A program made the translations under genes and the position numbers. A stretch of 62,874 nt of DNA, the filler included, from Octopus bimaculoides (taxonomy: Eukaryota), in NCBI RefSeq assembly GCF_001194135.2. It is 5 parts of 4 records of this genome, joined end to end, with 100 filler letters (N's around TTAATTAATTAA, not from the genome) between each part and the next. Parts side by side here need not be neighbours in the genome. Positions count along the whole stretch, not along the records: positions 1 to 7,447 come from NC_068996.1; positions 7,548 to 15,116 come from NC_068985.1; 3 more parts are not named here. One strand, 5' to 3'. Shown here piece by piece: positions 1-11,251 of the stretch; the first letter of the stretch is position 1; every line of letters begins with the position of its first letter. Below the pieces are notes generated by a model. It was given only the letters and a program-made list of their open reading frames with translations, was not told the origin of the DNA and did not search any database.

Positions 1-79
<79 letters not shown>

Positions 80-82
80 CAG

Positions 83-120
<38 letters not shown>
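1..120. repeat. (TA)n/(CA)n microsatellite
   Basis: Direct reading; similar TA/CA/TG/GA tracts recur across the window and flank most N gaps. Confidence 0.98.
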
Positions 121-123
<3 letters not shown>

Positions 124-542
124 AACACAAATACAAAAGATTTAGAACACAATTCTCTGGTTGCTTTGATAAAATCATTTTAGCATTTTGCGACTTTTGT
201 AATTCAGTGACACGTTAGTAGTCATAGTAGTTACATGTGAGGGTCATAGTAGGAACCACAGTAATAGTAGTAGTAATAATAGTAGTTGTAGTAGTAGTAG
301 TAGTAGTTTCTGAGAAAATGTCAGGTGTAAAAGGTTTTGTCTAAATGAGTTCTCTTAAATAAATATGCACAAACACTTACATAGCTTCACATTAAAAAAC
401 AAAAAAAGATAAATTATAATAATATGAAAGATGTCATTTGCTCTCAGATTCTGGTTCTGCTCTTATCTCATGTTACCATTCTTTGCACTTTAAATCGAAA
501 AATATCTATATGTGTGTGACTTTGTCTCTCTACATCTGTATA

Positions 543-590
<48 letters not shown>

Positions 591-929
591 CATTGTTTAT
601 ATACATGTACTCACAATCATACATACATACACACACACACACGCACACACACTCATAGGTATTACACATGCGTATATATGTGTGTGTTTGTGCGTCTGTA
701 TTTGTGTTCTGTCATTGCCTGACAATCTGTTGGTTTGTTTACACTCTTGTAACTAAGCAGTTTGGCGAAAAAGATCAATAGAATAAGTACCAGATTTAAA
801 GAAAAATGTACCGATATCCTGAAGCTTGTTAGTTCCCTGCTAATCTGTCCAGTCCATGTCGACATAGAACACAGATTTTAAATGATCATGATGATTTTAT
901 ATATATTATATATACACATATATATCATC

Positions 930-1352
930 GTTTTCATCATCATTTAACGTCCGCTTTCCATGCTGGCATGGGTTGGATGGTTTGACCAGGGCTGGCCAAG
1001 CTGGATGGTTGCACCAGACTCCAGTCTCATTTGGCATGGTTTCTATGGTTGGATGTTTATCCTAATGTAAACCACTCTGAGAGTGTAATGGGTATTTTTA
1101 TGTGCCACCACCATGGGTGCCATTTGCATGACACCAATATCTTTTTTTTTGTATATATCATCATCATCATCATCATCATCTTCGTTTAACATCTGCTTTC
1201 CATGCTAGCATGGGTTGGACGATTTGACTGAGGACTGGCGAACCAGATGGCTACACCAGGCTCCAATCTGATCTGGCAAAGTATCTACAGCTGGATGCCC
1301 TTCCTAATGCCAACCACTCCGAGAGTGTAGTGGGTGCTTTTATGTGCCACCG
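930..1352 (-). mobile_element. Two adjacent SINE 3' halves of the family ending ...gcatggaaagcggacgttaaatgatgatg
   Basis: About 930-1135 and 1160-1352 are homologous to each other and to the + strand copy at ~11930-12255; (CAT)n tails on the left. A more decayed copy lies at ~1558-1700. Confidence 0.8.
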
Positions 1353-1394
<42 letters not shown>

Positions 1395-2430
1395 ATCAGA
1401 TAAACAAACAAAATTAGCAAAACAGACAACAAAAGGACATGCACAAGGAATGTATAAGTTTGGCATTTCAAGCATAACTCTTCGTTGGAAAGGAGAAAGG
1501 GAAAAGTCCAAAGAAGGAAAAGAAATTGCTAACAATACGTATGTAGTTATATATTATCATCACCATTTAATGTCAATGTTCCATGGTGTCAGGAAACCAA
1601 CAAGCTGCACGGCTGTGTCCAGTTTCAGTTGGATATCCTTTCTAATGCTGACCACTTGGAAGAGGTACCCTTCTGTGCCACCTGCACTATTGAGGTCAAC
1701 ATGCAGCTTGTAAATTTACAAAGCCTGTATGGTGGGTTAGCTGTATACTAGTGGATAAGGGAACTGAATGGTGGTGATGGTGGAAGGGGGTGTAGAACAA
1801 AGTTTTGTGCAGGATCTGCATGGCTACACACATCTGGTAGCGGAAGGAGAGAGAAAGAGAAAAATTAACAGTTGGAGTTGCAAGAGAGAAATAATAATAA
1901 TAATGTTGAGGTACTTGGATGGTCATACAAGGTGACTGACTGAGTTGAAGAATTGGTTTGCAATGTGTGTGTGTGTGTGTGTGTGTTCATTTATGATTTA
2001 CTTTTTACTCATTTCAGTCACTGGACTGTGGTCATGCTGGAGCACTCTTTTGAAGGGTTTAGTCAAACAAGCAGTGCTATCTTTTGAATAAGCCTGGTAC
2101 TTATTGTATTGGTCTTTTTGCTGAACTGCTTAACTACAGGGGTGTAGACAAACCAACACCTGTTGTCAAGTAGTGACAGCACAAATGCATGCACACATGC
2201 ATGCATATATATATATATACATATACATATATCTGATGGCAGTTTATATATATATATATATATATTAGTTTATGTATATATTAATATTATCTCAGTTTAA
2301 AAAAAACCTTTGACAATGTAAATATGTTAATAGTTACCAGAGGTAGCAAAATTACACTAGAAACCAAGATATCACGGCCGTTTTACAGGTAGAGATACCA
2401 AGTTAAAGTGATACATTTTGAGAAGATATG

Positions 2431-2764
2431 AATAATAATAATAAATGGAGCAAAACGCATATAAATAAAAGTTCCTTTAATTCCTACACATGTTTCAAAA
2501 TATATGAGAGCTCTTCTACAAAGAAGTAAGAGCTGGTGGAATTCCTCATATAGTCATCTTCAGGGAATCAACATATAAAAGCAAGACAAATATGAAATGA
2601 TGAAGTAACTTACGAGCTAAGATGTTACATGGCCAAGATGAATATATGAGGAATTCCAGTAGCTCTTACTTCTTTGTAGAAGAGCTCTCATATATTTTGA
2701 AACATGTGTAGGAATTAAAGGAACTTTTATTTATATGCGTTTTGCTCCATTTATTATTATTATT
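2431..2764. repeat. Long inverted repeat (130-bp arms, 74-bp spacer), probable PLE pseudo-LTR remnant
   Basis: 2431-2560 is the reverse complement of 2635-2764 with 3 mismatches; contains a hammerhead motif. Confidence 0.9.
2480..2568 (-). ncRNA. Type I hammerhead ribozyme motif, partly decayed, long stem II
   Basis: Minus strand: attcc CTGAAGA tgactatatgag...ctcatatatttt GAAA c atgt GTA ggaat. Stem I attcc/ggaat; palindromic stem III acatgt; base of stem II imperfect. Confidence 0.65.
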
Positions 2765-3229
2765 TATATATATATGTATATATATATATATATAAAATTT
2801 CAAGGAGTTCCTGCCTTAAAAACAGGAACTAAACCACAGTTATTTTGTGTTCTTTGCTACATTGGTTTCTATTAACCCATTTATTCTATCAGAAGAATTT
2901 TTATTCATTAAGATAGAAGAAATACACATAATTATATANNNNNNNNNNNNNNNNNNNNNNNNNNNNNNNNNNNNNNNNNNNNNNNNNNNNNNNNNNNNNN
3001 NNNNNNNNNNNNNNNNNNNNNNNNNNNNNNNNNNNNNNNNNNNNNNNNNNNNNNNNNNNNNNNNNNNNNNNNNNNNNNNNNNNNNNNNNNNNNNNNNNNN
3101 NNNNNNNNNNNNNNNNNNNNNNNNNNNNNNNNNNNNNNNNNNNNNNNNNNNNNNNNNNNNNNNNNNNNNNNNNNNNNNNNNNNNNNNNNNNNNNNNNNNN
3201 NNNNNNNNNNNNNNNNNNNNNNNNNNNNN

Positions 3230-3280
<51 letters not shown>

Positions 3281-4846
3281 CATCGCTTTGTGGTCGGAGG
3301 ATTCAGCTCATGATTCTAAGCTGTATCACCTTTGGTGCGATGCTGAAACTCCCTGAGAGCATTGTTAATGATGCGTGTGCCTGTGGAGTGCTCAGCCACT
3401 TGCACATTAATTTTACAGGCATGCTGTTTTGTTGATTGAATCAGCTGTCGCACTCGTCTTCATGACCAATGGAGTACCAGATTTTTTAATATAAACAATA
3501 ATTTTTCTTTATATTTTTTTGTCTGTGAAACAGCAGCATAGTCGAGATGTGTTTTCTTCTCTTACTCTTGTTTTTTGCAAACATCTTCAAAATGACTTTC
3601 TAAAATGAAATTCCATTATGCAGCTGAGGAGTACATTTTCATTGTCTTTTCTGTGGTGTTCTCACTACATGAATAAATGGAGCTTGTACGAAACGTACAT
3701 ACGTACTGCTATAACCTATTGAATTTTTGTTGCTTAACTTCAAATTTTATTCACCAGATCTCTTGATTTTGTTTTTAGTTTTTATCCTACCAAATTCTGG
3801 AGCCTCAAACATTTTAAGTACCACATTTAATCTTTTGATTAAATCTATATTATTATATATATATATATATACATACANNNNNNNNNNNNNNNNNNNNNNN
3901 NNNNNNNNNNNNNNNNNNNNNNNNNNNNNNNNNNNNNNNNNNNNNNNNNNNNNNNNNNNNNNNNNNNNNNNNNNNNNNNNNNNNNNNNNNNNNNNNNNNN
4001 NNNNNNNNNNNNNNNNNNNNNNNNNNNNNNNNNNNNNNNNNNNNNNNNNNNNNNNNNNNNNNNNNNNNNNNNNNNNNNNNNNNNNNNNNNNNNNNNNNNN
4101 NNNNNNNNNNNNNNNNNNNNNNNNNNNNNNNNNNNNNNNNNNNNNNNNNNNNNNNNNNNNNNNNNNNNNNNNNNNNNNNNNNNNNNNNNNNNNNNNNNNN
4201 NNNNNNNNNNNNNNNNNNNNNNNNNNNNNNNNNNNNNNNNNNNNNNNNNNNNNNNNNNNNNNNNNNNNNNNNNNNNNNNNNNNNNNNNNNNNNNNNNNNN
4301 NNNNNNNNNNNNNNNNNNNNNNNNNNNNNNNNNNNNNNNNNNNNNNNNNNNNNNNNNNNNNNNNNNNNNNNNNNNNNNNNNNNNNNNNNNNNNNNNNNNN
4401 NNNNNNNNNNNNNNNNNNNNNNNNNNNNNNNNNNNNNNNNNNNNNNNNNNNNNNNNNNNNNNNNNNNNNNNNNNNNNNNNNNNNNNNNNNNNNNNNNNNN
4501 NNNNNNNNNNNNNNNNNNNNNNNNNNNNNNNNNNNNNNNNNNNNNNNNNNNNNNNNNNNNNNNNNNNNNNNNNNNNNNNNNNNNNNNNNNNNNNNNNNNN
4601 NNNNNNNNNNNNNNNNNNNNNNNNNNNNNNNNNNNNNNNNNNNNNNNNNNNNNNNNNNNNNNNNNNNNNNNNNNNNNNNNNNNNNNNNNNNNNNNNNNNN
4701 NNNNNNNNNNNNNNNNNNNNNNNNNNNNNNNNNNNNNNNNNNNNNNNNNNNNNNNNNNNNNNNNNNNNNNNNNNNNNNNNNNNNNNNNNNNNNNNNNNNN
4801 NNNNNNNNNNNNNNNNNNNNNNNNNNNNNNNNNNNNNNNNNNNNNN

Positions 4847-4951
4847 AAAAAAACTGTTACTCTGAGTTTCACGTTCCCGTTCATCGGAGAGTTTTGTCTA
4901 ACAAAACTGTCCGATGAACGGGAACGTGAAACTCAGAGTAACAGTTTTTTT
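4847..4951. repeat. Near-perfect 105-bp palindrome (51-bp arms, 3-nt loop)
   Basis: 4847-4897 is the reverse complement of 4901-4951 with one mismatch; loop cta. Confidence 0.97.
4903..4948 (+). ncRNA. Minimal type I hammerhead ribozyme motif (core CCGAUGA variant)
   Basis: aaaactgt CCGATGA acg-ggaa-cgt GAAA ct-cag-a GTA acagtttt: 8-bp stem I, 3-bp stem II, 3-bp stem III, GUA cleavage triplet. Mirror copy on - strand at 4850-4895 has one stem I mismatch. Confidence 0.75.
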
Positions 4952-5046
4952 GTTATATTTCTGCTGCTTTTAAATAAAGTGTGTATATATATATATATAT
5001 ATATATATGCAAGTATGGTTGTGTGGTAAGAAATTTGATTTCCATC

Positions 5047-5480
5047 CTCATAGATAGAATCAAAAGGGATCAAAGATCCTTCCCAATCCACAGGTTCCTA
5101 CAGCTGGTTTCCCAGATTCTGTGGCATATATATTTTCTTCACTCTCCTCTCGAACAGAATGATGTTCCACCACAGGATTATTAATTTTTGCATGCTGAGC
5201 AGACGAGAACAATGTGGAATGAAGTGTTTGCCTCAAGAACACAACTCATCACCTGGTCCATGATAATGAGTGCAACACCCTAACCACTAAGCTACATGAC
5301 TCCATATAGATGGATCAAAAGTCCTTCCTGGGTCTTAGGCTCATAAGGCCAGCTTTGCTGATTTTAAGGTGTACATCTTCTCCACTGGATAAGACGCTGT
5401 TCTGTTGCTGGATTACTCATTTTTGCCTGCCGAGTGAGTGGATTGGAGGAATCTGAAGTGAAGTGTTTTAATCAAGAATA
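5047..5480 (-). mobile_element. Two copies of a tRNA-head SINE family (another copy at ~37505-37750)
   Basis: Shared ggatcaaaagatccttccc...gaaatgaagtgttt...caagaacaca...ccctaaccactaagc; the minus-strand 5' end carries an A-box-like tagtggttagg. Confidence 0.7.
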
Positions 5481-6177
5481 AATCACATTGCCGAAGCCCC
5501 ATGTATGTTGGGCCTTCAGTGCCTTCAGTGGAGTCCATACAGTTACATTTAGTTCAGATCTTCAGCATGAGTCAGACAACTTCCACTATCATTAGTCTAT
5601 TTTAAGAAAACCCTGTTAAGTCTTCAGAATTACACTAGCTCCTGATGAAAGAAGAACAAAAATTCAATTATCTTCAAAGAAATATTCCATTGAAAATTCG
5701 ATACCGTGGATAAAAACGAGTGCAGGCGTTTGGTGCACATAAGACAGAATAAGATGAGTTTCTGAGAGATTTGTCAATGAACCAGAAGGCGAGGTGCACC
5801 TGAGGCAGTGGAGCAGTTAATGATATAAACATCTATGAACTAACGATGGTGTTAGTAGTGATGATAAGCTGGTTTATATGTTGAGGTGTCTGACAACAAG
5901 TAGCGAATAAGTTTTCTTAACTTGGTGACATAGTTTGTAGTTAAAGTTGGAATATCTTGGCAATGTTAAAGAGAGGAAAGTTTTTGTGATGGAGAATGAA
6001 AAACATTTTGGAAACTTCTACACTTGCTGGACAAAAAAATGATTTTCTCTTTTTCTGTTCACAATAACGTATATATGATGTATGTATAAAATACTTGATA
6101 TCATTTGGTAATCAGACATAAATTTAATAAATGGTAAAAACAGTGAATATATCATTATCATCGTCATCATTATTTAA

Positions 6178-6398
6178 CCCTTTAGCATTCAAATTTCTTT
6201 GTCAAATGTCTTGTTTAATTTATACACATTGCTTTGACTTAATCACACATTATCTTGTAGCTTCAAGATTTCAATGGTGTGTTTCTATATTTTTAGAATG
6301 ACATTATAGGGTAGGCGAGAAAGGTTGGATCTGGCCAGTTTCAACATAAAACAAGTAGAATATTTAGGCTGGATGTGGCTGGATTAAATGCTAAAGGA
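6178..6398. mobile_element. piggyBac-type MITE (221 bp)
   Basis: TTAA(6174-6177)-CCCTTTAGCATT ... AATGCTAAAGGA-TTAA(6399-6402): TTAA target duplication and CCC-type terminal inverted repeats. Confidence 0.85.
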
Positions 6399-7491
6399 TT
6401 AATGTTCATTTTCTATGCTGGCATGGCTTAGACAGTTTGACTGGAGCTGTCAAGTCAGAAGACTAAGCCAAAATCTAGTGTCTGCTTTGGCTAGGTTTAT
6501 ACAGCTGGATGCCTTTCTTAATGCTAACACATTTTACTGGGTGCTTTTTTGTGGCATTAGCAGCAGAAGGAAGATGTTGAATGATGATGGTGATAATGGT
6601 ATCTGCACAGGTATATACAAAATGAAAATGCACATGCACATTGTTTTTAAAAAGATTTATTAAAAGTGTTACTTCAAAGTTTTTTTTAAACTTTATGATG
6701 AAATTATTTTAGTAACTTTGCTTGTATGAAGTTTAAAACATTCAGAATATTACAAGAACCAGAAATAAAATCAAAAACATGAAAGTAAAACTGCTGTCAT
6801 CCATACACACAGGCCCAACGTTTGAAGGGTGCCTTTTACGTGTCACTGGCACAGGTGCCAGTTATGTGACACCAGCATCGGCCATGACTCTGATTTCACT
6901 TGGCTTTATGGGTCTTCTCAAACATAGATTAATTACAGGGTTCATTTGAATCTAAGTGTATCAACAAGGGTGGTGCCAAGACTGGCTGGGTACCATAGCA
7001 TTAAGTTCACAGTGATGTGAAGACAGTTATTAGGTGTCATGTGTCTGTAGCGTACTGCAGGTATCAAATCCAATAGAAACTGTTGATCCGACTCAGGGTT
7101 AATTCCAGGTGTGGTATAGGTACAGTAAGAACACAGATTGGCTTTAAAATTCACTACAGCTGTTTCAGTAGTATTTTATTGATGTATTCATAGATTACAT
7201 CATGGCATAAATCCACCATCCTAGAGTAAAATATTAAACAGATACAAATAGGCAAAGTAAAACCTATTCAACAGATTTATGCTATAATGCAATCTATGAA
7301 TGCACCAATGAAATGCTACTGAAACAGCTGTCGTTAAATTTAAACCCTTTTTCTTTCATCTTTTACATATGCACGCACGCATGCATGTACACACACTCTC
7401 TCTCTCTCCCTCCCTCCCTCTCTCTCTCTCCCTCCCTCTCTCTCCCTNNNNNNNNNNNNNNNNNNNNNNNNNNNNNNNNNNNNNNNNNNNN

Positions 7492-7503
7492 TTAATTAAT
7501 TAA
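7492..7503. other. Assembly spacer TTAATTAATTAA inside a 100-bp gap (also 15161-15172, 35037-35048, 59587-59598)
   Basis: Identical 44N-12-44N layout four times; palindrome with stops in all frames. Confidence 0.95.
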
Positions 7504-7547
7504 NNNNNNNNNNNNNNNNNNNNNNNNNNNNNNNNNNNNNNNNNNNN

Positions 7548-8075
7548 AGATAAGAAAGTTTCTTTTGACGAGAAAAATATTTGTAGCACCATATCGACAT
7601 CGTTCCTGCTTCTGAATATTTTTCCACAAATAAAGCGTTCATGTGATCTGAATAAATTAAAATCTGATGGTGCTAGCATCTGATGAGTAGAGAAAGGGAA
7701 GTAGAGAAAGGGAAGTAGAGCTTCCCAGCCTAATGAATTTATCTTTTCTTGCATTACCTTGTTAAGCGAACAGATTTATTTTCGGAGGACACCTCATGAG
7801 GTACCCACTTCCCTTTTCAACATACTTTCCCAATCTGCACAATACGATCTTGCACACTAGACCGTGGTTAATGAAGCTTCCAGGATAAGTCACCAATATG
7901 TTGATGCAAATCTTCTTCAATTGCTCGTTTCACTGCTTCGTTATTAAGAATAATTGATCTTCCCGATCGATTGTCATCCAAACGATTGAAATCACCGCTC
8001 GCAGGACAATCAATACATATGATTTTCCTTACACATGCTGTATTGCTGTCCGTACGAAATTGGTTAAGCATTGGC
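7548..8075 (-). pseudogene. Degraded, internally deleted mariner transposase
   Basis: Minus-strand peptides SGDFNRLDDNRSGRSIILNNEAVKRAIEED (HTH region), GKWVPHEV (WVPHEL motif) and EKINSLGWEALLP...LAPSDFNLFRS (YSPDLAPSDY region). The DD34D core between the last two is missing. Confidence 0.9.
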
Positions 8076-8269
8076 TCTCAGATGGATCATATACATGCGC
8101 AGCACGTGTCGGGAGTTTTATGCATATCTTATACATTAGGGGTACCGAAAAGTAATTTTGTATTATCAAGTAAATAGCCTGACGTCGTGCCACAAATAAT
8201 TTAGAAGCCAATAAAAAGTGTCCTTGCAATCAACCAATCATCATAGAGTTAATGACCAAGTAATTTCAG

Positions 8270-8550
8270 CTGATGATTTATTGTGCAACATTTTCTTTCA
8301 ATAGCTATACGCATTACATCACAGTTGTATCGTTCAACTTATCTTGGATTTTAAAAGAGCACTTATGATTATTGAATCTGACTTTGAAGGAACCTTCCGT
8401 TGCACCCACATATTTCCGTACCTGCGTCGCCCCGCTGAGATACTTCCATACTACTCCTGTCGCATATATTGACTCAATAGTGTTGTCATGAAACATTACA
8501 ACTGCATAAGCAGCTTGTCTCTGCGTTTGGTTTGAGTCTATTTATTACAA
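8270..8550 (-). pseudogene. Penelope-like element GIY-YIG endonuclease fragment
   Basis: ORF 8314-8496: GVVWK...KYVGATEGSFKVRFNNHKCSF resembles PLE GIY-YIG (YIG-TE-FK-R-NH-SF). Confidence 0.75.
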
Positions 8551-8803
8551 TTTGCCTCATGCTAAATGACCAGCTAATTGAAGCCCCCAAAATATGCCTG
8601 ATGCAACTTTTCCTGTAATTATGTATCTGTAGTAGAATAACCCAAATGGTGACATTTAAGCATTAACGAAATCTATGAAAATGATATCTTTTTTTTTAGA
8701 ATATTTCATTTAATTAGTTTTTGAAACATTTGAAAAATGTTTAATTATAAACGGAGGGGTCGAATTCTTGCAGTTCTGACAACATGAGTGATGACTGAAG
8801 TTC

Positions 8804-8851
8804 CTCATAGATAGAATCAAGAAATTATTATTTCCTGATTCTATCTATGAG
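8804..8851. repeat. 48-bp hairpin (22-bp arms, 4-nt loop)
   Basis: ctcatagatagaatcaagaaat-tatt-atttcctgattctatctatgag, one mismatch. Confidence 0.9.
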
Positions 8852-9546
8852 ATCGACTTTGCCTTTTATCCTTTCAGGGTCGATAAAATTAGTACCGGTT
8901 ACGCACTGGGGTCGATGTAATCGACTTAATCCCTTCCCCCAAATTCAAGACCTTGTGCTTCCAGTAAAAAGGATTATTATTATTATTATTCCGCCGAGGT
9001 CGACTTTACCTTTCATCCTTTCGGGGTCGATAAGTACCAGTTGAACACTGGGGGTCAATGTAATGAGATTGCTCTCATCCTTTCGGGAGTTCGGCATGGA
9101 GTCAATGTAATATACCAGCTCCGTCCCTTGTGCCTGCAGTAAAAAAAAAAAGAAAAAAGGATTTTTTAGTTATGAGGGAAAGTAGTGCCCACGACCCGTT
9201 TCAAGGCCACTTAGACTGGTTGGTGAAAGGATCACCAAACTGGAAACCTGGTTTGAATTCTTGCAACAGAGAGGAATTCACTAAAGAAACCCCAAATGCC
9301 AAGTGGTTCTGTTAAACCGGGAATGACATTAAGTCCACCAACCAAATGAATGATGTCGGGAATCGAACTCGGGGAAAAAATACCGCTAGGCATCCAGTCC
9401 GAAGTGCTTACAGTTTTTTTTAAGTCTATCGCTTTGGATTGCTACTTTTTGTATGAACCCAAAGGCAAAGTTGGTCTCGGTGAGATTTGATCTCAAGGCG
9501 GACAGAGTCGGAACAAATATCGCATAGCATTCTGTCGAAGTTAATA

Positions 9547-9995
9547 GGGCGCAAACGTGGCTGTGTGATTAAGAAGCACGGCTTTGCAATCGCTTGGTTT
9601 CGGGTTCAAGTCCCGCTGTGCGGTCCCTTGAGTGTCTTCTAAAATAGGCCGTGCCGACCGAAGCCTTGTGAGTGAAACTTGGCAGACAGAAACCCGTCAG
9701 ATATATGTATATATATACGTATACACACACACACACACACATACATACATATATATATACACATACACACAACACAGATATATATATGTGTGTGTGTCTT
9801 TGTGCTTATGTTTTGCCCACCCAAAACCACATGACAGTGTTGATATGTTTATGCCTCATCCCGTTACTCAGCGGTTCGGTATAAGACCTCGACAAAAATA
9901 AGTAGCAGACTCAAAATATAAGTCCCAGAGGTCGACTTCAAGGCGATGCTGTAGCATTGCCTTAATCCATTGAGTGAAACAAGTAGAAAGATAAA
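9547..9995 (+). mobile_element. tRNA-head SINE with internal microsatellite; other copies at ~35927-36315 and 48844-49277, partials at 11680, 12577, 14463
   Basis: Head ggcgtggctgtgtggtaagaag...ggttcagtccc (A/B-box-like), body ccttgtgagtgga...gacggaaactgaaagaagcccgtc, simple-repeat insert, tail ...gactgaaacaagtaaaaga. Probably one of the described octopus OK/OR SINE families (not verified). Confidence 0.85.
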
Positions 9996-10160
9996 AAAAA
10001 AATTATAGATATCTCCTTGGATAATGCATGTTGAAACACACAGAATAAATGCCTGCTTTTTATTGTTCTGCTTATCAAGAGTTTGAACTAATGCTTAACA
10101 ACGGGTAACCATAGTTAATTTAGTGTTCAATAAATTTCTTCACAGATTGTCAGACATGTG

Positions 10161-10232
10161 AAAAATCTGATGAAGGTAAATAACTGTATTATTCATTACT
10201 CACATTTACTTCCCTTGAAACTCGTTTTTTTT
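10161..10232 (+). ncRNA. Decayed hammerhead-like motif
   Basis: aaaaat CTGATGA aggtaaat...atttacttccctt GAAA c tc GTT ttttt; stem II has an indel and the stem I base is mismatched. Confidence 0.35.
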
Positions 10233-10607
10233 TTTCTTCACAAGGACACAGTTTATAAACATCAACTCCTGTTGACACCCGCAAAAAATATCTAGAAATT
10301 AAAGTTTTGTCAAACCTATACCCACTAATAGTAATCAACATGTTTAATATATAATGCCATGATTTATCTAAAATGTAACTAGATCAGTAGAGCGGTGCAA
10401 TAGTATAAGTAAAAAACATGGAGGTTCGCATTTGTCGCTGACACTGCAGTATACAATAGCACTTATAAAAACCAACCTTGCTGTTTCTAATTCAGTTTTT
10501 GTTCCTGTCTTCACCAATAGTCATGTATGTTGGGTAATGACTGCGAGAGTATGACCACAAACACAAGCAGCCATAAGTTGGATAGATCATAGGTCGATGA
10601 CAACCTG

Positions 10608-10652
<45 letters not shown>

Positions 10653-10689
10653 GCACACACATGCATATGTGTTACACATTAACCAATGC

Positions 10690-10790
10690 CCGTTTACAAG
10701 ATAAGATAAAAAGTGATAGCCTAATGACACAGCGTGCTGTAAAACTCCAGATATGACAGATAACCAGTCAGAAATTACATTTTTCAATCT
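10690..10790 (-). pseudogene. Small LINE reverse transcriptase fragment
   Basis: ISDWLSVISGVLQHAVSLGYHFLSYLVN resembles the SGVPQGSVLGP RT motif region. Confidence 0.4.
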
Positions 10791-11039
10791 AAAGTATCAT
10801 GTTGAGAGATGTATCATTTCAGGTCTGCTTTTTTGTGCTGGCATGGGTTAGGAGGGTTGTTACAATCTGAATCAATTCTTAGAGTTACTGCCTTCTGAAA
10901 GAAATCAAAGGACTGCATCTTGCTTGTATGTTCATCTTTGGAATAAGTGCAGGTATAGCTCAGTGGTAAGAAGTTTGCTTCCCAACCACATGGTTTCAGA
11001 TTTAATGTCACTGCATAGCACCTTGAGCAAGTACCTTCT

Positions 11040-11251
11040 TTTAAAGGCCATGAGCTGGTAGAAACGTTAGCACGCTGGGCTAAATGCTGAGCAGTATTTT
11101 GTCTGCCGCTACATTCTGAGTTCAAATTCTGCCGAGGTCGACTTTTGGGGTCGATAAATTAAGTACCAGTTACACACTGGAGTCGATGTAATCAACTTAA
11201 TCACTTTGCCTGTCCCCTCTGCGTTTAGCCCCCTGTGGGCAATAAAGAAAT
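11040..11251 (+). mobile_element. tRNA-head SINE (Meta-domain-like core) nested in another SINE with an 11-bp TSD
   Basis: gagctggtagaaacgttagcacg...gttctgagttcaaattc...ggtcgac...ggggtcgataaattaagtaccag, flanked by aagtaccttct at 11029-11039 and 11252-11262. Many more copies (8850-9130, 25560-26110, 39430-39630, 41285-41430, 43925-44140). Meta-domain assignment is from memory. Confidence 0.85.

Noticed and set aside
3555-3600. Possible 34-nt micro-exon on the minus strand (ttttag|AAAGTC...CAAGA|gtaaga)
   Set aside because: Splice-like motifs this short arise by chance in AT-rich DNA; no supporting neighbouring exons.
7448-7547. Recurrent TTAATTAATTAA palindrome between N runs (4 sites)
   Set aside because: Identical 44N-12-44N layout: an assembler gap spacer, not biology.
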